Positions 11,201 through 25,324 of a stretch of DNA of 64,000 bases are shown in pieces. The first letter of the stretch is position 1; each line of letters opens with the position of its first letter. The position numbers and the translations under genes are program-made. Source of the stretch: the human T2T-CHM13v2.0 reference genome, Homo sapiens. Where the stretch lies: assembly GCF_009914755.1 (NCBI RefSeq), contig NC_060925.1; one strand, given 5' to 3'. Under the pieces are notes generated by a model. It ran no database searches and had not been told where the DNA came from. It worked only from the letters and a program-made list of their open reading frames with translations.

Positions 11201-14200
11201 TAAACTCTGTGAGTTGAACACACACATCACAAAGGAGTTTCTGAGAATCATTCTGTCTAGTTTTTCTACGAAGATATTTCCTTTTCTACTATTGACCTCA
11301 AAGCGGCTGAAATCTCCACTTGCAAATTCCACAAAAAGAGTGTTTCAAGTCTGCTCTGTGTAAAGGATCGTTCAACTCTGTGAGTTGAATACACACAACA
11401 CAAGGAAGTTACTGAGAATTCTTCTGTCTAGCAGAATATGAAGAAATCACGTTTCCAACGAAGGCCTCAAAGAGGTCTGAATATCCACTTGCAGACTTTA
11501 CAAACAGAGTGTTTCCTAACTGCTCTATGAAAAGAAAGGTTAAACTCTGTGAGTTGAAGGCACACATCACAAAGGAGTTTCTGAGAATCATTCTGTCTAG
11601 TTTCTATAAGAAGATATTTCCTATTCTACCATTGACCTCAAAGCGGCTGAAATCTCCACTTGCAAATTCCACAAAAAGTGTGTTTCAAGTCTGCTCTGTG
11701 TAAAGGATCGTTCAACTCTGTGAGTTGAATACACACAACACAAGGACGTTACTGAGAATTCTTCTGTCTAGCAGAATATGAAGAAATCCCGTTTCCAACG
11801 AAGGTCTCAAGGAGGTCTGAATATCCACTTGCAGACTTTACAAACAGAGTGTTTCCTAACTGCTCTATGAACAGAAAGGTTAAACTCTGTGAGTTGAACG
11901 CACACATCACAAAGGAGTTTATGAGAATCATTCTGTCTAGTTTCTATAGGAAGACATTTCCTATTCTACCATTGAGCCCAAAGCGGCTGAAATCTCCACT
12001 TGCAAATTCCACAAAAAGAGTGTTTCAAGTCTGCTCTGTGTAAAGGATCGTTCAACTCTGTGAGTTGAATACACACAACACAAGGAAGTTACTGAGAATT
12101 CTTCTGTCTAGTATAATATGAAGAAATCCCGTTTCCAACGAAGGCCTCAAAGGGGTCTGAATATCCACTTGCAGACTTTATAAACAGAGTGTTTACTAAC
12201 TGCTCTATGAAAAGAAAGGTTAAACTCTGTGAGTTGAACACACACATCACAAAGGAGTTTTTGAGAATCATTCTGTCTAGTTTTTCTACGAAGATATTTC
12301 CTTTTGTACTATTGACCTCAAAGCGGTTGAAATCTCCACTTGCAAATTCCACAAAAAGAGTGTTTCAAGTCTGCTCTGTGTAAAGGATCTTTCAACTCTG
12401 TGAGATGAATACACACAACACAAGGAAGTTACTGAGAATTCTTCTGTCTAGCAGAAGATGAAGAAATCCCTTTTCCAACGAAGACCTCAAAGAGGTCTGA
12501 ATATCCACTTACAGACATTACAAACAGAGTGTTTCCTAACTGCTCTATGAAAAGAAAGGTTAAACTCTGTGAGTTGAACGCACACATCACAAAGGAGTTT
12601 CTGAGAATCATTCTGTCAAATTTCTATAGGAAGATATTTCCTATTCTACCATTGACCTCAAAGCGGATGAAATCTCCACTTGCAAATTCCACAAAAAGAG
12701 TGTTTCAAGCCTGCTCTCTGTAAAGGATCGTTCAACTCTGTGAGTTGAATACACACAACACAAGGAAGTTACTGAGAAATCTTCTGTCAAGCATAATATG
12801 AAGAAATCCCGTTTCCAACGAAGGCCTCAAAGAGGTCTGAATATCCACTTGCAGACTTTACAAACAGAGTGTTTCCTAACTGCTCTATGAAAAGAAAAGT
12901 TAAACTCTGTGAGTTGAACGGACACATCACAAAGGAGTTTCTGAGAATCATTCTGTCTAGTCTTTATACGAAGATATTTCCTTTTCTACCATTGACCTCA
13001 AAGCGGCTGAATTCTCCACTTGCAAATTCCACAAAAAGAGTGTTTCAAGTCTGCTCTGTGTAAAGGATCGTTCAACTCTGTGAGTTGAATACACACAACA
13101 CAAGGAAGTTACTGAGAATTCTTCTGTCTAGCAGAATATGAAGAAATACCGTTTCCAACGAAGGCCTCAAAGAGGTCTGAATATCCACTTGCAGACTTTA
13201 CAAACAGAGTGTTTCCTAACTGCTCTATGAACAGAAAGGTTAAACTCTGTGAGTTGAACGCACACATCACAAAGGAGTTTCTGAGAATCATTCTGTCTAG
13301 TTTCTATTGGAAGATATTTCCTATTCTACCATTGACCTCAAAGCGGCTGAAATCTCCACTTGCAAATTCCACAAAAAGAGTGTTTCAAGTCTGCTCTCTG
13401 TAAAGGATCGTTCAACTCTGTGAGTTGAATACACACAACACAAGGAAGTTACTGAGAATTCTTCTGTATAGCATAATATGAAGAAATCCCGTTTCCAACG
13501 AAGGCCTCAAAGAGGTCTGAATATCCACTTGCAGACTTTACAAACAGAGTGTTTCCTAACTGTTCTATGAAAAGAAAAGTTAAACTCTGTGAGTTGAACG
13601 CACACATCACAAAGGAGTTTCTGAGAATCATTCTGTCTATTTTCTATAGGAAGATATTTCCTATTCTACCATTGACCTCAAAGCGGCTGAAATCTCCACT
13701 TGCAAATTCCAGAAAAAGAGTGTTTCAAGTCTGCTATGTGTAAAGGATCGTTCAACTCTGTGAGTTGAATACACACAACACAAGGAAGTTACTGAGAATT
13801 CTTCTGTCTAGCAGAATATGAAGAAATCCCGTTTCCAACGAAGGCCTCAAGGAGGTCTGAATATCCACTTGCAGACTTTACAAACAGAGTGTTTCCTAAC
13901 TGCTCTATGAGAAGAAAGGTTAAACTCTGTGAGTTGAACACACACATCACAAAGGAGTTTCTGAGAATCATTCTGTCTAGTCTTTATACGAAGATATTTT
14001 CTTTTCTACCATTGACCTCAAAGCGGCTGAAATCTCCACTTGCAAATTCCACAAAAAGAGTGTTTCAAGTCTGCTCTGTGTAAAGGATCGTTCAACTCTG
14101 TGAGTTGAATACACACAACACAAGGAAGTTACTGAGAATTCTTCTGTCTAGCAGAATATGAAGAAATCCCGTTTCCAACGAAGGCCTCAAAGAGGTCTGA

Positions 14201-17200
14201 ATATTCACTTGCAGACTTTACAAACAGAGTGTTTCCTAACTGATCTATGAAAAGAAAGGTTAAACTCTGTGAGTTGAACGCACACATCACAAAGGAGTTT
14301 CTGAGAATCATTCTGTCTAGTTTCTATAGGAAGATATTTCCTATTCTACCATTGACCTCAAAGCGGCTGAAATCTCCACATGCAAATTCCACAAAAAGAG
14401 TGTTTCAAGTCTGCTCTGTGTAAAGGATCGTTCAACTCTGTGAGTTGAATACACACAACACAAGGAAGTTACTGAGAATTCTTCTGTCTAGCAGAATATG
14501 AAGAAATCCCGTTTCCAACGAAGGCCACAAGATGTCAGAATATCCACTTACAGACTTTACAAACAGAGTGTTTCCTAACTGCTCTATGAACAGAAAGGTT
14601 AAACTCTGTGAGTTGAACGAACACATCACAACGCAGTTTGTGGGAATGATTCTGTCTAGTTTTGAAACGAAGATATTTCCTTTTCTGCCATTGACCTTAA
14701 AGCGCTTGAAATCTACACATGCAAATTGCACAAATAGAGTGTTTCAAATCTGCTCTGTCTAAGGGAACGTTCAACTCTGCGAGTTGAATGCACACAACAC
14801 AAGGAAGTTACTGGGAATTCTTCTGTCTAGCCTTACATGAAAAAAACCCGTTTCCAACGAAGGCCTCTAAGTTGTCAAAATATCCACGTGCAGACTTTAC
14901 AAACAGAGTGTTTCCAAACCGCTGAATGAAAAGAAAAGTTAAACTCTGAGAGTTGAACGCACACATCACGCAGCAGTTTCTGAGAATGATTCTGTCTAGT
15001 TTTTCTACGAAGATATTTCCTTTTCTGCCTTTGGCCCCAAAGCGCTTGAAATCTCCACTTGCAAATTCCACAAAAACAGTGTTTCAAATCTGCTCTCTCT
15101 AAATGAAAGTTCAACTCTGTCAGTTGAATACACACAACACAAGGAAGTTACTGAGAATTCTTCTGTCTAGCATAATATGAAGAAATCCCGTTTCCAACGA
15201 AGGCCTCAAAGGGGTCTGAATATCCACTTGCAGACTTTATAAACAGAGTGTTTACTAACTGCTCTATGAAAAGAAAGGTTAAACTCTGTGAGTTGAACAC
15301 ACACATCACAAAGGAGTTTCTGAGAATCATTCTGTCTAGTTTTTCTACGAAGATATTTCCTTTTCTACTATTGACCTCAAAGCGGCTGAAATCTCCACTT
15401 GCAAATTCCACAAAAAGAGTGTTTCAAGACTGCTCTGTGTAAAGGATCGTTCAAATCTGTGAGTTGAATACACACAACACAAGGAAGTTACTGAGAATTC
15501 TTCTGTCTAGCAGAATATGAAGAAATCCCGTTTCCAACGAAGGCCTCAAAGAGGTCTGAATATCCACTTGCACACTTTACAAACAGAGTGTTTCCTAACT
15601 GCTCTATGAAAAGAAAGGTTAAACTCTGTGGGTTGAACGCACACATCACAAAGGAGTTTATGAGAATCATTCTGTCTAGTTTCTATAGGAAGATATATCC
15701 TATTTTACCATTGACCTCAAAGCGGCTGAAATCTCCACTTGCAAATTCCACAAAAAGAGTGTTTCAAGTCTGCTCTGTGTAAAGGATCGTTCAACTCTGT
15801 GAGTTGAATACACACAACACAAGGAAGTTACTGAGAATTCTTCTGTCTAGCAGAATATGAAGAAATCCCGTTTCCAACGAAGGCCACAAGATGTCAGAAT
15901 ATGCACTTACAGACTTTACAAACAGAGTGTTTCCTAACTGCTCTATGAACAGAAAGGTTAAACTCTGTGAGTTGAACGAACACATCACAACGCAGTTTGT
16001 GGGAATGATTCTGTCTAGTTTTGAAACGAAGATATTTCCTTTTCTGCCATTGACCTTAAAGCGCTTGAAATCTACACTTGCAAATTGCAGAAATAGAGTG
16101 TTTCAAATCTGCTCTGTCTAAGGGAACGTTCAACTCTGTGAGTTGAATGCACACAACACAAGGAAGTTACTGGGAATTCTTCTGTCTAGCCTTACATGAA
16201 AAAAACCCGTTTCCAACGAAGGCCTCTAAGTGGTCAAAATATCCACGTGCAGACTTTACAAACAGAGTGTTTCCAAACCGCTGAATGAAAAGAAAAGTTA
16301 AACTCTGAGAGTTGAACGCACACATCACTCAGCAGTTTATGAGAATGATTCTGTCTAGTTTTTATACGAAGATATTTCCTTTTCTGCCTTTGGCCCCAAA
16401 GCGCTTGAAATCTCCACTTGCAAATTCCACAAAAACAGTGTTTCAAATCTGCTCTCTCTAAATGAAAGTTCAACTCTGTCAGTTGAATACACACAACACA
16501 AGGAAGTTACTGAGAATTCTTCTGTCTAGCAGAATATGAAGAAATCCCGTTTCCAACGAAGGCCTCAAGGGGTCTGAATATCCACTTGCAGACTTTATAA
16601 ACAGAGTGTTTACTAACTGCTCTATGAAAAGAAAGGTTAAACTCTGTGAGTTGAACACACACATCACAAAGGAGTTTCTGAGAATCATTCTGTCTAGTTT
16701 TTCTACGAAGATATTTCCTTTTCTACTATTGACCTCAAAGCGGCTGAAATCTCCACTTGCAAATTCCACAAAAAGAGTGTTTCAAGTCTGCTCTGTGTAA
16801 AGGATCGTTCAACTCTGTGAGTTGAATACACACAACACAAGGAAGTTACTGAGAATTCTTCTCTCTAGCAGAATATGAAGAAATCACGTTTCCAACGAAG
16901 GCCTCAAAGAGGTCTGAATATCCACTTGCAGACTTTACAAACAGAGTGTTTCCTAACTGCTCTATGAAAAGAAAGGTTAAACTCTGTGAGTTGAAGGCAC
17001 ACATCACAAAGGAGTTTCTGAGAATCATTCTGTCTAGTTTCTATAAGAAGATATTTCCTATTCTACCATTGACCTCAAAGCGGCTGAAATCTCCACTTGC
17101 AAATTCCACAAAAAGTGTGTTTCAAGTCTGCTCTGTGTAAAGGATCGTTCAACTCTGTGAGTTGAATACACACAACACAAGGACGTTACTGAGAATTCTT

Positions 17201-20200
17201 CTGTCTAGCAGAATATGAAGAAATCCCGTTTCCAACGAAGGTCTCAAGGAGGTCTGAATATCCACTTGCAGACTTTACAAACAGAGTGTTTCCTAACTGC
17301 TCTATGAACAGAAAGGTTAAACTCTGTGAGTTGAACGCACACATCACAAAGGAGTTTATGAGAATCATTCTGTCTAGTTTCTATAGGAAGACATTTCCTA
17401 TTCTACCATTGAGCCCAAAGCGGCTGAAATCTCCACTTGCAAATTCCACAAAAAGAGTGTTTCAAGTCTGCTCTGTGTAAAGGATCGTTCAACTCTGTGA
17501 GTTGAATACACACAACACAAGGAAGTTACTGAGAATTCTTCTGTCTAGTATAATATGAAGAAATCCCGTTTCCAACGAAGGCCTCAAAGGGGTCTGAATA
17601 TCCACTTGCAGACTTTATAAACAGAGTGTTTACTAACTGCTCTATGAAAAGAAAGGTTAAACTCTGTGAGTTGAACACACACATCACAAAGGAGTTTTTG
17701 AGAATCATTCTGTCTAGTTTTTCTACGAAGATATTTCCTTTTGTACTATTGACCTCAAAGCGGTTGAAATCTCCACTTGCAAATTCCACAAAAAGAGTGT
17801 TTCAAGTCTGCTCTGTGTAAAGGATCTTTCAACTCTGTGAGATGAATACACACAACACAAGGAAGTTACTGAGAATTCTTCTGTCTAGCAGAAGATGAAG
17901 AAATCCCTTTTCCAACGAAGACCTCAAAGAGGTCTGAATATCCACTTACAGACATTACAAACAGAGTGTTTCCTAACTGCTCTATGAAAAGAAAGGTTAA
18001 ACTCTGTGAGTTGAACGCACACATCACAAAGGAGTTTCTGAGAATCATTCTGTCAAATTTCTATAGGAAGATATTTCCTATTCTACCATTGACCTCAAAG
18101 CGGATGAAATCTCCACTTGCAAATTCCACAAAAAGAGTGTTTCAAGCCTGCTCTCTGTAAAGGATCGTTCAACTCTGTGAGTTGAATACACACAACACAA
18201 GGAAGTTACTGAGAAATCTTCTGTCAAGCATAATATGAAGAAATCCCGTTTCCAACGAAGGCCTCAAAGAGGTCTGAATATCCACTTGCAGACTTTACAA
18301 ACAGAGTGTTTCCTAACTGCTCTATGAAAAGAAAAGTTAAACTCTGTGAGTTGAACGGACACATCACAAAGGAGTTTCTGAGAATCATTCTGTCTAGTCT
18401 TTATACGAAGATATTTCCTTTTCTACCATTGACCTCAAAGCGGCTGAATTCTCCACTTGCAAATTCCACAAAAAGAGTGTTTCAAGTCTGCTCTGTGTAA
18501 AGGATCGTTCAACTCTGTGAGTTGAATACACACAACACAAGGAAGTTACTGAGAATTCTTCTGTCTAGCAGAATATGAAGAAATACCGTTTCCAACGAAG
18601 GCCTCAAAGAGGTCTGAATATCCACTTGCAGACTTTACAAACAGAGTGTTTCCTAACTGCTCTATGAACAGAAAGGTTAAACTCTGTGAGTTGAACGCAC
18701 ACATCACAAAGGAGTTTCTGAGAATCATTCTGTCTAGTTTCTATTGGAAGATATTTCCTATTCTACCATTGACCTCAAAGCGGCTGAAATCTCCACTTGC
18801 AAATTCCACAAAAAGAGTGTTTCAAGTCTGCTCTCTGTAAAGGATCGTTCAACTCTGTGAGTTGAATACACACAACACAAGGAAGTTACTGAGAATTCTT
18901 CTGTATAGCATAATATGAAGAAATCCCGTTTCCAACGAAGGCCTCAAAGAGGTCTGAATATCCACTTGCAGACTTTACAAACAGAGTGTTTCCTAACTGT
19001 TCTATGAAAAGAAAAGTTAAACTCTGTGAGTTGAACGCACACATCACAAAGGAGTTTCTGAGAATCATTCTGTCTATTTTCTATAGGAAGATATTTCCTA
19101 TTCTACCATTGACCTCAAAGCGGCTGAAATCTCCACTTGCAAATTCCAGAAAAAGAGTGTTTCAAGTCTGCTATGTGTAAAGGATCGTTCAACTCTGTGA
19201 GTTGAATACACACAACACAAGGAAGTTACTGAGAATTCTTCTGTCTAGCAGAATATGAAGAAATCCCGTTTCCAACGAAGGCCTCAAGGAGGTCTGAATA
19301 TCCACTTGCAGACTTTACAAACAGAGTGTTTCCTAACTGCTCTATGAGAAGAAAGGTTAAACTCTGTGAGTTGAACACACACATCACAAAGGAGTTTCTG
19401 AGAATCATTCTGTCTAGTCTTTATACGAAGATATTTTCTTTTCTACCATTGACCTCAAAGCGGCTGAAATCTCCACTTGCAAATTCCACAAAAAGAGTGT
19501 TTCAAGTCTGCTCTGTGTAAAGGATCGTTCAACTCTGTGAGTTGAATACACACAACACAAGGAAGTTACTGAGAATTCTTCTGTCTAGCAGAATATGAAG
19601 AAATCCCGTTTCCAACGAAGGCCTCAAAGAGGTCTGAATATTCACTTGCAGACTTTACAAACAGAGTGTTTCCTAACTGATCTATGAAAAGAAAGGTTAA
19701 ACTCTGTGAGTTGAACGCACACATCACAAAGGAGTTTCTGAGAATCATTCTGTCTAGTTTCTATAGGAAGATATTTCCTATTCTACCATTGACCTCAAAG
19801 CGGCTGAAATCTCCACATGCAAATTCCACAAAAAGAGTGTTTCAAGTCTGCTCTGTGTAAAGGATCGTTCAACTCTGTGAGTTGAATACACACAACACAA
19901 GGAAGTTACTGAGAATTCTTCTGTCTAGCAGAATATGAAGAAATCCCGTTTCCAACGAAGGCCACAAGATGTCAGAATATCCACTTACAGACTTTACAAA
20001 CAGAGTGTTTCCTAACTGCTCTATGAACAGAAAGGTTAAACTCTGTGAGTTGAACGAACACATCACAACGCAGTTTGTGGGAATGATTCTGTCTAGTTTT
20101 GAAACGAAGATATTTCCTTTTCTGCCATTGACCTTAAAGCGCTTGAAATCTACACATGCAAATTGCACAAATAGAGTGTTTCAAATCTGCTCTGTCTAAG

Positions 20201-23200
20201 GGAACGTTCAACTCTGCGAGTTGAATGCACACAACACAAGGAAGTTACTGGGAATTCTTCTGTCTAGCCTTACATGAAAAAAACCCGTTTCCAACGAAGG
20301 CCTCTAAGTTGTCAAAATATCCACGTGCAGACTTTACAAACAGAGTGTTTCCAAACCGCTGAATGAAAAGAAAAGTTAAACTCTGAGAGTTGAACGCACA
20401 CATCACGCAGCAGTTTCTGAGAATGATTCTGTCTAGTTTTTCTACGAAGATATTTCCTTTTCTGCCTTTGGCCCCAAAGCGCTTGAAATCTCCACTTGCA
20501 AATTCCACAAAAACAGTGTTTCAAATCTGCTCTCTCTAAATGAAAGTTCAACTCTGTCAGTTGAATACACACAACACAAGGAAGTTACTGAGAATTCTTC
20601 TGTCTAGCATAATATGAAGAAATCCCGTTTTCAACGAAGGCCTCAAAGGGGTCTGAATATCCACTTGCAGACTTTATAAACAGAGTGTTTACTAACTGCT
20701 CTATGAAAAGAAAGGTTAAACTCTGTGAGTTGAACACACACATCACAAAGGAGTTTCTGAGAATCATTCTGTCTAGTTTTTCTACGAAGATATTTCCTTT
20801 TCTACTATTGACCTCAAAGCGGCTGAAATCTCCACTTGCAAATTCCACAAAAAGAGTGTTTCAAGACTGCTCTGTGTAAAGGATCGTTCAAATCTGTGAG
20901 TTGAATACACACAACACAAGGAAGTTACTGAGAATTCTTCTGTCTAGCAGAATATGAAGAAATCCCGTTTCCAACGAAGGCCTCAAAGAGGTCTGAATAT
21001 CCACTTGCACACTTTACAAACAGAGTGTTTCCTAACTGCTCTATGAAAAGAAAGGTTAAACTCTGTGGGTTGAACGCACACATCACAAAGGAGTTTATGA
21101 GAATCATTCTGTCTAGTTTCTATAGGAAGATATATCCTATTTTACCATTGACCTCAAAGCGGCTGAAATCTCCACTTGCAAATTCCACAAAAAGAGTGTT
21201 TCAAGTCTGCTCTGTGTAAAGGATCGTTCAACTCTGTGAGTTGAATACACACAACACAAGGAAGTTACTGAGAATTCTTCTGTCTAGCAGAATATGAAGA
21301 AATCCCGTTTCCAACGAAGGCCACAAGATGTCAGAATATGCACTTACAGACTTTACAAACAGAGTGTTTCCTAACTGCTCTATGAACAGAAAGGTTAAAC
21401 TCTGTGAGTTGAACGAACACATCACAACGCAGTTTGTGGGAATGATTCTGTCTAGTTTTGAAACGAAGATATTTCCTTTTCTGCCATTGACCTTAAAGCG
21501 CTTGAAATCTACACTTGCAAATTGCAGAAATAGAGTGTTTCAAATCTGCTCTGTCTAAGGGAACGTTCAACTCTGTGAGTTGAATGCACACAACACAAGG
21601 AAGTTACTGGGAATTCTTCTGTCTAGCCTTACATGAAAAAAACCCGTTTCCAACGAAGGCCTCTAAGTGGTCAAAATATCCACGTGCAGACTTTACAAAC
21701 AGAGTGTTTCCAAACCGCTGAATGAAAAGAAAAGTTAAACTCTGAGAGTTGAACGCACACATCACTCAGCAGTTTATGAGAATGATTCTGTCTAGTTTTT
21801 ATACGAAGATATTTCCTTTTCTGCCTTTGGCCCCAAAGCGCTTGAAATCTCCACTTGCAAATTCCACAAAAACAGTGTTTCAAATCTGCTCTCTCTAAAT
21901 GAAAGTTCAACTCTGTCAGTTGAATACACACAACACAAGGAAGTTACTGAGAATTCTTCTGTCTAGCAGAATATGAAGAAATCCCGTTTCCAACGAAGGC
22001 CTCAAGGGGTCTGAATATCCACTTGCAGACTTTATAAACAGAGTGTTTACTAACTGCTCTATGAAAAGAAAGGTTAAACTCTGTGAGTTGAACACACACA
22101 TCACAAAGGAGTTTCTGAGAATCATTCTGTCTAGTTTTTCTACGAAGATATTTCCTTTTCTACTATTGACCTCAAAGCGGCTGAAATCTCCACTTGCAAA
22201 TTCCACAAAAAGAGTGTTTCAAGTCTGCTCTGTGTAAAGGATCGTTCAACTCTGTGAGTTGAATACACACAACACAAGGAAGTTACTGAGAATTCTTCTC
22301 TCTAGCAGAATATGAAGAAATCACGTTTCCAACGAAGGCCTCAAAGAGGTCTGAATATCCACTTGCAGACTTTACAAACAGAGTGTTTCCTAACTGCTCT
22401 ATGAAAAGAAAGGTTAAACTCTGTGAGTTGAAGGCACACATCACAAAGGAGTTTCTGAGAATCATTCTGTCTAGTTTCTATAAGAAGATATTTCCTATTC
22501 TACCATTGACCTCAAAGCGGCTGAAATCTCCACTTGCAAATTCCACAAAAAGTGTGTTTCAAGTCTGCTCTGTGTAAAGGATCGTTCAACTCTGTGAGTT
22601 GAATACACACAACACAAGGACGTTACTGAGAATTCTTCTGTCTAGCAGAATATGAAGAAATCCCGTTTCCAACGAAGGCCTCAAGGAGGTCTGAATATCC
22701 ACTTGCAGACTTTACAAACAGAGTGTTTCCTAACTGCTCTATGAACAGAAAGGTTAAACTCTGTGAGTTGAACGCACACATCACAAAGGAGTTTATGAGA
22801 ATCATTCTGTCTAGTTTCTATAGGAAGATATTTCCTATTCTACCATTGAGCCCAAAGCGGCTGAAATCTCCACTTGCAAATTCCACAAAAAGAGTGTTTC
22901 AAGTCTGCTCTGTGTAAAGGATCGTTCAACTCTGTGAGTTGAATACACACAACACAAGGAAGTTACTAAGAATTCTTCTGTCTAGTATAATATGAAGAAA
23001 TCCCGTTTCCAACGAAGGCCTCAAAGGGGTCTGAATATCCACTTGCAGACTTTATAAACAGAGTGTTTACTAACTGCTCTATGAAAAGAAAGGTTAAACT
23101 CTGTGAGTTGAACACACACATCACAAAGGAGTTTCTGAGAATCATTCTGTCTAGTTTTTCTACGAAGATATTTCCTTTTGTACTATTGACCTCAAAGCGG

Positions 23201-25324
23201 TTGAAATCTCCACTTGCAAATTCCACAAAAAGAGTGTTTCAAGTCTGCTCTGTGTAAAGGATCTTTCAACTCTGTGAGTTGAATACACACAACACAAGGA
23301 AGTTACTGAGAATTCTTCTGTCTAGCAGAATATGAAGAAATCCCGTTTCCAACGAAGACCTCAAAGAGGTCTGAATATCCACTTACAGACATTACAAACA
23401 GAGTGTTTCCTAACTGCTCTATGAAAAGAAAGGTTAAACTCTGTGAGTTGAACGCACACATCACAAAGGAGTTTCTGAGAATCATTCTGTCAAGTTTCTA
23501 TAGGAAGATATTTCCTATTCTACCATTGACCTCAAAGCGGATGAAATCTCCACTTGCAAATTCCACAAAAAGAGTGTTTCAAGCCTGCTCTCTGTAAAGG
23601 ATCGTTCAACTCTGTGAGTTGAATACACACAACACAAGGAAGTTACTGAGAAATCTTCTGTCTAGCATAATATGAAGAAATCCCGTTTCCAACGAAGGCC
23701 TCAAAGAGGTCTGAATATCCACTTGCAGACATTACAAACAGAATGTTTCCTAACTGCTCTATGAAAAGAAAAGTTAAACTCTGTGAGTTGAACGCACACA
23801 TCACAAAGGAGTTTCTGAGAATCATTCTGTCTAGTCTTTATACGAAGATATTTCCTTTTCTACCATTGACCTCAAAGCGGCTGAATTCTCCACTTGCAAA
23901 TTCCACAAAAAGAGTGTTTCAAGTCTGCTCTGTGTAAAGGATCGTTCAACTCTGTGAGTTGAATACACACAACACAAGGAAGTTACTGAGAATTCTTCTG
24001 TCTAGCAGAATATGAAGAAATACCGTTTCCAACGAAGGCCTCAAAGAGGTCTGAATATCCACTTGCAGACTTTACAAACAGAGTGTTTCCTAACTGCTCT
24101 ATGAACAGAAAGGTTAAACTCTGTGAGTTGAACGCACACATCACAAAGGAGTTTCTGAGAATCATTCTGTCTAGTTTCTATTGGAAGATATTTCCTATTC
24201 TACCATTGACCTCAAAGCGGCTGAAATCTCCACTTGCAAATTCCACAAAAAGAGTGTTTCAAGTCTGCTCTCTGTAAAGGATCGTTCAACTCTGTGAGTT
24301 GAATACACACAACACAAGGAAGTTACTGAGAATTCTTCTGTATAGCATAATATGAAGAAATCCCGTTTCCAACGAAGGCCTCAAAGAGGTCTGAATATCC
24401 ACTTGCAGACTTTACAAACAGAGTGTTTCCTAACTGTTCTATGAAAAGAAAAGTTAAACTCTGTGAGTTGAACGCACACATCACAAAGGAGTTTCTGAGA
24501 ATCATTCTGTCTAGTTTCTATAGGAAGATATTTCATATTCTACCATTGACCTCAAAGCGGCTGAAATCTCCACTTGCAAATTCCACAAAAAGAGTGTTTC
24601 AAGTCTGCTATGTGTAAAGGATCGTTCAACTCTGTGAGTTGAATACACACAACACAAGGAAGTTACTGAGAATTCTTCTGTCTAGCAGAATATGAAGAAA
24701 TCCCGTTTCCAACGAAGGCCTCAAGGAGGTCTGAATATCCACTTGCAGACTTTACAAACAGAGTGCTTCCTAACTGCTCTATGAGAAGAAAGGTTAAACT
24801 CTGTGAGTTGAACGCACACATCACAAAGGAGTTTCTGAGAATCATTCTGTCTAGTCTTTATACGAAGATATTTTCTTTTCTACCATTGACCTCAAAGCGG
24901 CTGAAATCTCCACTTGCAAATTCCACAAAAAGAGTGTTTCAAGTCTGCTCTGTGTAAAGGATCGTTCAACTCTGTGAGTTGAATACACACAACACAAGGA
25001 AGTTACTGAGAATTCTTCTGTCTAGCAGAATATGAAGAAATCCCGTTTCCAACGAAGGCCTCAAAGAGGTCTGAATATTCACTTGCAGACTTTACAAACA
25101 GAGTGTTTCCTAAATGATCTATGAAAAGAAAGGTTAAACTCTGTGAGTTGAACGCACACATCACAAAGGAGTTTCTGAGAATCATTCTGTCTAGTTTCTA
25201 TAGGAAGATATTTCCTATTCTACCATTGACCTCAAAGCGGCTGAAATCTCCACTTGCAAATTCCACAAAAAGAGTGTTTCAAGTCTGCTCTGTGTAAAGG
25301 ATCGTTCAACTCTGTGAGTTGAAT
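8300..25324 (-). repeat. Tandem ~3.1x 5,437-bp (32-monomer) super-repeat
   Basis: The offset is a constant 5437 (8692/14129/19566/25003; 8995/14432/19869; 10354/15791/21228; 12429/17866/23303; 13449/18886/24323). Shared rare variants include tgatctat, ctacacatgc, gtgggttg, gatatatcc, gcggttg, gcggatg and ctattgg. Confidence 0.92.

Noticed and set aside
1-13100. Whole-arm fold-back palindrome or chimeric-read artefact centred on ~6551
   Set aside because: Mirror identity ends after ~126 bp. Beyond that the arms have different monomer order and different SNVs, so neither arm is a simple copy of the other. Read support is still needed to exclude misassembly.
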